NCBI GenBank assembly: GCA_965649825.1
Contig: OZ287711.1
Span: 107,201 to 171,200 of the forward strand
Source: Penicillus capitatus
Taxonomy: Eukaryota > Plantae > Chlorophyta
Length of the DNA: 64,000 bases
Direction: 5' to 3'
In this document: positions 24,593 through 34,400 of the stretch, piece by piece
How positions within the stretch are numbered: position 1 is the first letter of the stretch
Layout: each line of letters begins with the position of its first letter
Program-made: the position numbers and the translations under genes
The notes under the pieces: model-generated
What the model was told of the DNA's origin: nothing
Database searches by the model: none
The model's input: only the letters and a program-made list of their open reading frames with translations

Positions 24593-24949
24593 TCTACATC
24601 GAATGACCATTTTAAAGAGAAAATGTCGAAGATAAAAAAATACTGACGCCCAAGAAGTTAAAATGAAGAAAAGACGCCATAGCAGGACAAAACATACAGA
24701 AATAGAAGAGAAACAAAGAGAAGCGAACAAATACAAAGTAAACAATAGAAAACAAAACATAACAGAGAAGACTGTTTGTCAGTTGGGATAAAATGAAGAG
24801 AGTGTAGAACGAAGAGTTACGTTTCGCAACGTCGATTCATCGTACGAAGTCCTCTCGCCCACAACTTTTTACCCTCCAGACAGACAGTTCGGTGTGTCTG
24901 GCTTATTACCTCACTCTCCGTGGAAGTGAAAGTACAAATTGGTCCTCCA

Positions 24950-25460
24950 ACGGGCACCCATGGCCCATGGTTACAGGGACCGACCAAGCCTTCAACGTGG
25001 TAACACTTTTTCTGGCGAAGATTCTGTCTCTCCTCGCTAGAAATCCACCATCCTTATCAGGATCGTGCGTCGTATCTGACAAGCCATCCTCTGCTTCCAA
25101 GCCGACATCGTTCCACCTTTATCGATACCGGAGCAAGCCTTTCGTTTTGGCAAGTGAACTCGGTATCGTGTCGACGATGCCTAGTATGTAAGTGAAAAAC
25201 GATTCTGGACTCTGCGAGTGGTAATGCATCTGCGATCCACAGCTCCTGGGCATCCACAGATCGAACTTCATTGTCTGAGGACGAGGGACGCGCAATTCAG
25301 TGTCCGATCGCCAAATTGCCACATCTGAGGTCTTCTTCACTACGATAGCGCTACTTGGCTGCCTCGCTGGTGATTGTATCGAATGTTAGAAGGATGTAGT
25401 CGACAAACTGAACCATGGCAATCAGTGTCGATCCCATCAATGCCATTCCGACAACGGACT
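24950..25460 (-). pseudogene. degenerate BCKDHB fragment
   Basis: 25125-25460 aligns with 6715-7040 ([16 protein letters not shown] vs [16 protein letters not shown]) and carries frameshifts and many transitions. The 5' exons are deleted, and similarity is weaker down to ~24950. Confidence 0.88.
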
Positions 25461-25975
25461 AAAAGCAAATAGATACTTGACGATTGTCCCGACGACCATG
25501 ACGGCGGCAATCTATGGAGAGATTTCCTCGGCACTCACATAATTCTCACTCATTACTCATTGCAGTCCCCTGTTTTGAAAGTCGTCATCGCAATCACTTT
25601 TGACGTCTTTTCCATTCGCCCTAGACACATGGATAGATGGCTTGGTGCCGAGGTTGATAGGCAGTCTAGCTGATTCGTCAGAGGCAGACATTAATGATGT
25701 GATCGCGATCCGATTACCGATAAACAGCATATCTCTTAACATAAGAGCATTCGCATGTAGAATTGGAGATGTAGCTAGTCGAGTCGGCTGAAAACCCACA
25801 AGACACAATCAAAAGACACACACATTTGTTTGTCCGAGATTCTTAAAGAACGGATGGGAAAGGAATTTGCTCATTGCTCAAGGTAACAGTGTAATGAAAT
25901 ACGAATGCAGAGGAATCGATATAACCTTATTAAACAACACATCATGCAGAGATTATTAAAAGCATGTCAATGAAC

Positions 25976-27413
25976 TTAAGCGAAAATATAATCATTGACA
26001 AAAGCATCAATAGATTCACGATATTCTTGTGCAACGCTCTTAGCTATTTCTTCGACAAAGGTCACGACAGTCGGGTCACTGAATTGTGAGAGCGCCATTC
26101 CCTCTTCCGATGTGATCGGGGCAATTTTCTGCACTCTGAGATACTGGTTCGGTTTGACGTTGGGATTCGAATAGTAGACGTAATCTGTTAGAGCTGACAG
26201 TGCGTCGATTCCACTGTCTTGGGTCAGCACCAGCCACGCGTTCTCGCCAAGCCAACGAATCGCCCCTTCGTTCCCCAGTCCAAGGAGACTGGGATACACT
26301 CTTCCATTACCGATAGATAGCAAGGCACTGCTTTCGATGTCTGCAGCGCCAGTCTCGGCCGCGACAAAACTGCTTGCTAGTAATTCTGTTGATGCCAGTG
26401 GATTAATTCCATCGATCATGATGAACTCCACAGTGTCATTGCCGACTTGGGATACATTCTTTGCTGCGTTGAATGCAGGAATTGAAGCTGTCGCAACGCC
26501 GATGTCTCTGAGATGGTAATTCTTGCCTTCCTCAAACGTAAAATCCGGTGTGAAGCGTCCATTACTGGCAGGAAGCGATCTCGGCCCAGAACGCACTATC
26601 AATCGAGCTGCGGACGTCACTGACGGTTCTCTGAACTTGTTCTGAACGAAAAAGACTCCTTCCGATCTGATCAGGTCATAGGCGGGAATGATGACAGAGG
26701 TGTCACAGTCCTCCAACGTCGTGTTTCCATAGAAAGCTTCGAGGGTGCTTTCCAATCCGTCGGACGGATACAGAGGCGTCAGGACGCCTGGCGCGTTGAT
26801 ATTTGTGACATCCAGTGGTGTCCCTGCCGTGAAATTGATGGATTCCGTCGGATAGATGATGCTGCCGAATTCGATGTAGAAGACGCGAAGAGCCTCGGCG
26901 CCACCGACGGGTATCACCCCATACCTCGCCACGATGTCCGGTCTTTCCAGCACAGCACGTACGGCACCCTGGCCTCCCCTCGAGGCAAGGTACAAGGTCA
27001 TCCAGCTACCGGCCGAGATACCCGTCATGCAGTCAAAGTAGTCGGCGAGGTTGATGTCGAAGTCATCGACGCTGCGGATGTGCCCGAAAGGGTGCAGCAA
27101 GTGGGGATTCTTGGCGAGGTATCTTTTTATGGACTGTTCGACTTCGATGAGGATCGTCGCCGAGAAAATTACGCGGAGTCCGCCTCCGTCCACGGAGAGA
27201 ATCGTTTTGAACGTGCTGCCTGGGGGTCTGCGAATAAGTGGCCTAAAAGCAGAAAACGCAAAACAGCTCGCAACCTTCTGTCTTAAACCGTTAAACGCAC
27301 TTTCCGGTGGACGAGATTCTTGTCTCCGTCGGATAGTGACTGCCGTATTTGCCGTGAACGACATTCGCCAAAAGGCATAAAACAACGAAGGTAACACCTG
27401 CGCAAAACTTCAT
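25976..27413 (-). CDS. secreted patatin-like phospholipase, copy C
   Basis: Signal peptide, the same intron as copies A and B, and motifs DGGGLRV, GISAGS and IDG. Stop TAA at 25976-25978. Confidence 0.92.
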
Positions 27414-27619
27414 AGTCAAACTGCTGCTGCTCACCAAAACAATAGCGACAAGTGGTAAACGCAAACAAGATATAGCTGCCGGTACTCTGACCTCGTCTTG
27501 TGTCTTGTGTCTTGCACTCGGTGGACCGTTCAGTGTGGCAGTGTCCGCGTTGATGAATGGTTCCTCAATTTCGACCACAAAAGAGCTAACCGTGACACGT
27601 TCCCACCGGCTATGGCTAT

Positions 27620-28283
27620 TTGACGATTCGCCTAGAGCTCCTCGAGACGCATCTGCAACAACTGTCATTGCCGATATATCCGTCAAAGGATCTGGCGAAG
27701 ACAAGCATAACCGACGAGGATAGGCGTCGACGTTGTCTCGCGTTCACATGGTACCCAGGCGAAAAGGAAATGCAGACTACGCATGCATTTACGAGTCTAT
27801 CATCATCAGGAATAGCCATGGCATGTATGTCCGCCGAAAATGAAGCAACATGTTTCATATGATATGGATGCGTGAAGAGTGGAGAACTGAGTCATCGTAT
27901 AAAGTGGATGTATCATGCGGACACAAATCGAGTCTGCCTCTTCAGCTTGGCAGGTACGTCCGTCCTTTCACGCCTAGCTTGTGTTCTCAGTTTCTGACTT
28001 GAAAAGAGAAGCAATCCTTGAAGTTGAAGTGCGATGGATCGCAGGATTGGACGACGACATCTTGCTTTCAGCCCAAGCGATGGACGCTGCTCTAAATCGT
28101 TGGGAGACAGTAGTGCTCTTATCACACCATTACCTGCGAACGAGACGCGGTTGCATCGTCCGTGGATTGAGGGTGAAAAAAGTTAGGCTCTTAGCATGTC
28201 GCCTTTATACGGCTCGCATTCCTGAACTCACAAACGGACCTCTCTACAGAGACACCTACCTGCATTCAAGATTTGACGGATGA
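27620..28283 (+). pseudogene. least-decayed copy (C) of the unknown divergent gene; possibly still coding
   Basis: Splicing out a 37-nt GT-AG intron gives an open frame WMYHADTNRVCLFSLAVSDLKREAILEVEVRWIAGLDDDILLSAQAMDAALNRWETVVLLSHHYL. Confidence 0.5.
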
Positions 28284-30768
28284 AACTGTTTAATGGTTGA
28301 ACTCGGGAAGGACGGGAAACCAAACAAGAGCTTTTCCCGAATAGCAGCTTCCACGCCGTACCAATTGAGGAAAGAGAGAAGATAAGGTGTAAAGCAACAG
28401 AGCATCACGAGTGTTCTTCCGCCGCTCTTGACGATTATCCTATGACGTTGTTTAGCAGCAGAGAACTTTCTTGGCTCTGAGGGAAATGCCATGGCAGTCA
28501 CGATGATGCACAACACTGTATCTGTGGAGCTTCTGGTGTCTGCATAGGAGGAACGGTGACTTGAGGTTATTCATTCCTCTTACCCAGAGCTGCTTGCCCT
28601 CAAATCTTCTTTGCAAACTTGTCTATGTTCGGAAATTTCCTAACCAACTGAAGTCTTGCTTTTCTCCTAATTCTCTTTCTCGACATGAAAGCTGGGAAAG
28701 AGCGAGAGTAGCTAAGGAACGCATTAGTGAAATATAAATCTTCGATTGAGTTGACAGTCGCGACCACCACCATCACGACAGTCGCGGTGAAGAGTAATAA
28801 TAGGAGGGTGTGCCGAACTGTCAGACTGCTTCGAAAGATACTACGGAATTGACTGAACCGGAGGTTAAGCTCCTCTCAATTATCATAAGCTTGTGGAGAA
28901 GTTCTGCTAGAGCTTTGGTAGACTTCTCAGTTCCCGGAACATGATTGGGTATTTAACTGGGTACTCTGTTCTCTGTTTGTCTTACCTAGTTGACTCAGCG
29001 TTCTGTGCTTTTTTGCGAACATCTATGCAAACTCACTGCCTTCTGTATTGCCGATCAGCCGCGCAGCAAACACGATTACAGCGGACATCTTACAACTGTC
29101 TTCGGAGCGAAATCGAGACTCGGCATGATGAGACCTTCCTAGGCAGTGTCATGATGAAGGGCAGAAGGGGAATGTTTCAAGAAACGCCTCATCACCACAA
29201 GAGGCACGATGGTCAGCAGTTATTAATGGCCACGCCACATCAAAACCCTAACCCCATAAAAGGAGGGTTCATGCATGTCAGTGAACAGCTTTCCACCTTC
29301 GTGCACCTGCAACCGAGACGCGTTGATATGACGTTTGACGCGTATAAAATCCGAAGTAATGAACGTTAAAGCAATCTTTGTAACCTATAAGCCTTCGTCG
29401 TAATCGCGTCGTTTGCCGACTGCGCGACAATGTAACATTAAACGTCTTCGTAGGAAACCTTGTTGCGTTTTCTATTGTCACATACTTCCCAGTATCGGCA
29501 GGTTGAGTCAGCCTGCTTCCAAATCCAGAGAAAAGCTCCCCTTGAAACACATGAACCCTTTCTAATGTGATGGAGTTGAAGGAAGAAGGAGAGAGGTGAA
29601 GCCAGATTAAGCGACCATCGATGGCTCCCATGACGTCAGCATGACGTGAGACTTGCGTCGTGTAAGATTGGCATGTTAATTGAGGTTTCTTCTACCAAAC
29701 TCGTTGACTTTAAAAACTTACGTTGTCTTAGTTTGCGTATCCTTTTGTCCGTATCACTAACAAGAAAGTTCCTCTGCCCATCAGAAAAGGTCGACATTCC
29801 AGACGCTTACCGTAATCCGTTTTATGTAAAACACTTCTCTCGCGCTCGTTCTGATATCCTAATTGAATTTCACTCTCTCAAGGCTCCATGGACAAAAACT
29901 AAAACACCATGCGTAAGAATTCCACTGCGCACTAGAAAATGACTAACAAAGAAGAAGAAATTCACGGAACAAAATTCGAGTCTGCCGACAAAGAATTCCC
30001 TCAACAAGATGTACCCTTTGCCCAAGAGGGGGAACCAAATGGAAAACAGCAACGAGAGGAAGAGCAGTGCTATGTGCAATGTTACATGGGGTTCCATTGG
30101 ATGGTCTACATCGACAACAAGCAACGATTCCAACTAGGCAGGAGAAAGAGACTTTAGAGTGCGCTTTGACAGATCGTTGACCCCGCCGTGGTTTCTGACG
30201 TAGACGGCCAGTGCTTTGCTCAGGCATGACTTAGGAGTAAACCGACTTTGTTTACATCCAATTTGTGGCGTGCGATTCACCCAGAGACGAGAGTCCAAGT
30301 AGAAGTTATCCGAAACCTATCGAGAGGTGTATCAAGAGTTCACCCGTCAAGCCAAAATAACAACGGTCCAAGGTGAAGCTACACGGCGGCAGTCGTCAAC
30401 AGCACACCCCTTTGACCGGATGTGACATCGTCAAGGATTGCCCTTGTTACTGAACCTGTTCACGATTCAACAGGTCGCTTCCAGTCGCAGCGGATTCCTT
30501 CGCAAACCGTATCTCGCCTTTGTGCTCGACGGGACAGGGTAACGCCGTTCTCGGCACGCCACTGCACTTCTCCGCCGTTCATCCGCTTGACAGTCGTAAG
30601 CATCCATCTGTACGTTTCTGGCCATCGAATGCCGAACGTCTTCGTCCACATCATCTGTAAGCGTCATTTTCGTTTATTCTGATTGGCGGTGATTTCACCG
30701 ATCGCTTCATGTAACTTCACGTGCGATTGCTTTCAAATTCTTAGACGTGAACCGTGACAGACTGTATC

Positions 30769-31410
30769 ATGTCTGACTCGGAGCTGGAGTTGCTATTTGG
30801 CCCCAACGGCTATTTCCCACTAGAAGCTACAACCATCTCCCAAGTGCCGCCACGAGACGTCTCCGAGGAGGACACAGCACCACAATGCAAAAAACAGAGA
30901 ACAAAAGAGCCGCCGTCGAAGCCAAAAGTCAAAGCGCAGCGCGAAAAAGCTCGCCGTGAAAAAATGAATCGGCACTTTTCATCACTAGCCGAGCTAAGCA
31001 ATCCGGAAAACCCTAAAACGGACAAAGCGTCGATTCTGCTAGACGCTCTTACGGCTCTAAAGGCCATCAAGGTCGAAAATGACCAACTCAAACAGCTCAA
31101 CAAATTTCTCGAAGTATGGCACAGCATCTCACTGTATCTCACTCTTTTTGCTCTGCAGGAGAAGGTGAGCAACTATGAGAAAGAACGCAGTTATCTCTTC
31201 TACCGACAGAATCTGATGATGCATCCACCACCCGACCCGTTTCTCGCAGGTCACTCCTTTATCACTCTTTTGTCTTATGTACAATGAGAGAAGCTCGTAG
31301 GAAGCTGCCAACCAGTGCCGGAGAACACCGTGGTCGGTACACCAGTCACGCGGGATGAATCCACAAGCGGAAACTGTATGGATGCTTTCTTGCATCCACC
31401 AGCTGCTTAG
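30769..31410 (+). CDS. bHLH-ZIP transcription factor of plant subgroup IVc type (ILR3/bHLH104/105/115-like)
   Basis: KAQREKARREKMNRHFSSL...KTDKASILLDA followed by a heptad zipper. Two introns; the spliced C-terminus ends ...DAFLHPPAA*. Confidence 0.9.
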
Positions 31411-31492
31411 ACGCATTCTACCATTTCTATCGATCCTCATCGACATAAGGACGCAATAAGTGCAGTTCAAACAGCATTTCCATCTTGTCGTT

Positions 31493-34400
31493 TTAGGATT
31501 GGAGATAGTAGACCCATTGATATAAATGGCCTTTAATCAAGAGGATTCCCTTCTCCTTCTCCTTGCTGCATTTGATCTCTATCTGCTGTGTTCCTTTCGA
31601 TGGGAGCTCGCCGACAGACGTCACCGTGAAGCACGGATTGTCCACGGTGCAGATGAAGGCTGTCTTGTCGGAAAAGACGTTTTTGAAAGATAGAGAGGCT
31701 GAAGGGATGACGCGAATGGGCCCTCGTGGCTGTGGCGCCGTGCAGGAGCCGAGTAGCGGAACTTCGTAGACGCCGCCGACGTCGGAGGCGACCAGCAGCT
31801 GAGCTTCCTGGCAGCTTCCACACTCGGTCGGTTCGTAGATCAAGGAGACGTCGAATGACGGTCCTTCCGCCACGACGCAGGTGTCGCAGAGAAAAGCACG
31901 CGTGACATCGCCCTCTACTCGACAACGGTACTCCGTACCCGCGATCGCTTCGTTGCGCAACGTCAGCACGTGCCTCTGCGAATCGCCCAGACACGTCTCA
32001 AATCGGAGCGGCGACTCGGGTAAAGCACGCCTGGCCTTGAGGAACAGATCGTAACGCCAAGGAGCGAGGTCGTCGGAAGACACGGTCAGCGACGCGCTTT
32101 TCTCCTCTTCCAGCAATGGACGGTACCGAAGACATAGCTCGTGTATACTGTCGCCAGTAAGAACCTGTTGACGGGGTATCTTTATCTCTTCTGGCGCTTC
32201 GATGCGCACGAGCACGTCGCGTTGCAAAGGATTGAAAATCTGGATCGTTGTGGCGTGTTCGGAACGGACGGCGGCGTCGAGACGGAAATCTGGTCGGACA
32301 TCGGGCTGGATAATTTGGAAGCTGCAGTCGTAGTGCACGACATCGCCAGAACCGTCGGAATTATGGAACGCGATCGAGAAGACGGCGTCGCCCTCGTGGT
32401 GCGATTCGACACGAAGGCGATAACGTCGTTCCGATAGCCTCGGCACTTCAAAGAAATCCGCTCCCTAAGCACGTCACATCACCGAAGTCTTTCGCAAAAG
32501 AGTGCGATGGAGTGACTTGTATGAAGACAGATTCCGGGCAGCTTCCTCGTTGGATGTCGACGTCATATCTTTGCCTAACGGGCGTTTTATTGCGGATCGT
32601 TATTTCTTCCGTGTGCGGCGTTCGCAGCAAAATCGTGCGTTGCAGTGAACGTCGTTCGACATCTGGCTCGACGTGACCAACAAGGGCGAATTTCTGTCCC
32701 TGGCCGTCAGGAAACTGCATCGACAGTATTCCTTTCGTCTCTCTTCGTTGTTCTCTCGTCGGAGAAAACGTGATCTCGAAGTTTCTGCATTCTTGCGGTG
32801 GGATTTCGTGCCTCTTTGTCAGCGACCAAGCCGTGTTCGTGATCTGCACCTGAATATTCCTCCATACGTCCGTCGTCGGATTTCGGACAGCGACGTTCTG
32901 AGAGGTACGCTCTCCAGGAGGACACGAAAAGTGAAGGACCTCTTCGTGCACTGGACATGGCGTACAGCGACCTTCTGCCGTCAGTTCGCACGGCTCGCCC
33001 ACTGGAAAATCAGACCGATCACATACAGGTGGCGGCGTTGCGTTCGTTCACTTTCTGTCGTGCAGGTAATGGCAGCAACGATGGGGGCAGAGCCGGCGTT
33101 CGTGGGACGAAAGGAGACGGCGTAACTACTCTTCTGTCCAGGACGGATCACGTCCTCCTCGGGAACGACGCGAAACGCCTCGTGCGTTGAGTGCCAACGG
33201 AGAACGGCGTTTTCTGTCCCGTTGTTTTCCAGTCGGAGATGTTCCGTTTTGGCGCTCCCCTCGGTGACGGCGCCGAAGTCGATGGATTGAGGAGACAGAC
33301 GCAAATCGGAGGCACGCGATTCGCCTCGAATCCGAAAGAGCGCCATCTGCGTTCCTTCGACGGCGACCAAACACGCTTCGTCGAAAGCGTCTTGCCGTCG
33401 GAGCGGCGCAAAGATAATAACGACTTCTGCCGACGCTCGGCCGCCAAGGCACAGCGTCGACGGCGACTGAAGCTGTAGACGGCGACGCTCAAAGAGCTCC
33501 GTTGCTGGTTTGAATGAGAGATGAACAGGAAGTGGACTTCTGTTGTGCAGTTCCATCCGCTGCGACCGTCGTGCGCCTGGCGAGACGTTTCCAAAACGCA
33601 GCAGACGTATCGAGGGGGCAACGTTGAGCGAAATCGATTCGCCCCGAAACGCGATATCTCTGGAGCACCCGCCATTCACGCAGACGCCCAACGTCGCCTT
33701 CAGTCGTCCTTCCTCGACAGGATGCCAACAGATCTGGAGGCACGTTTCTTTGAGCCCCGGCAGCTCCGTCTCCGACCGCGACACCTGAGTCCACGACTGC
33801 CGAGCTGTCACATCACAGGATCGATCGTTACGGTGAGATCTCTGTGCGACGATACAAAACGCAGATGTAGGTTTCGCTTGGTCCGGCTGCGAAGGACGAG
33901 ACATGCCTCAATCGCCGACATTCCTTTGGCGCGGACGAAGACGGTGCCAAAGTCATAGTCTTCAAAGCTGAGCTGGATCTTAGGTTGCCGCGCCGTCCCG
34001 TGCAGTAGAATGCCGAAACAAGGTCCGTGACGTAGACGGCATTGTATCACATCTCTCTTCAAGACGCCGGGGACGACCGGTTGGTAGTGCACCGAGAACG
34101 CGAGCGAGGCTGACGGCAGCAGGCGACCCTTCGGCGGCTCGACAGATACCGTTCGGCAGTTTCCGATGCGCCAGTCGAATTCAAACGGCACCTCTCCACG
34201 ATTGTGCAGAAAGCCAGACCTGGACTGTCGACTCGTCACCATGACCTACGGAACAGCGCGCAATGGATGTCGACTGGCGGGGCTGCGTCTGCTTATACGT
34301 TGCCGAAATCTAAGACATGGTCTTGTTGAGGAAGGACCTCCGTTTGGTTCCCTTCTGCATCGTCAAGGAGGAGCGACGCTCGGACGCCGCAGCCTTTGCC

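Larger units (their letters stand above)
25485..28520. repeat. segmental duplication unit C (oldest copy)
   Basis: Collinear with 7695-10750, including the patatin 3' flank, the patatin and the relic gene. It adjoins the BCKDHB relic just as unit A adjoins BCKDHB. Confidence 0.88.

Noticed and set aside
21239-28520. Pack-MULE or Helitron carrying captured gene fragments
   Set aside because: No terminal inverted repeats, target-site duplication, Helitron termini or transposase remnants were seen. All fragments come from within 20 kb and stay collinear, which fits local tandem duplication and deletion better.
29939-30157. 72-aa ORF (MTNKEEEIHG...)
   Set aside because: Short and isolated in AT-rich DNA, with no motif or paralog; compatible with chance.
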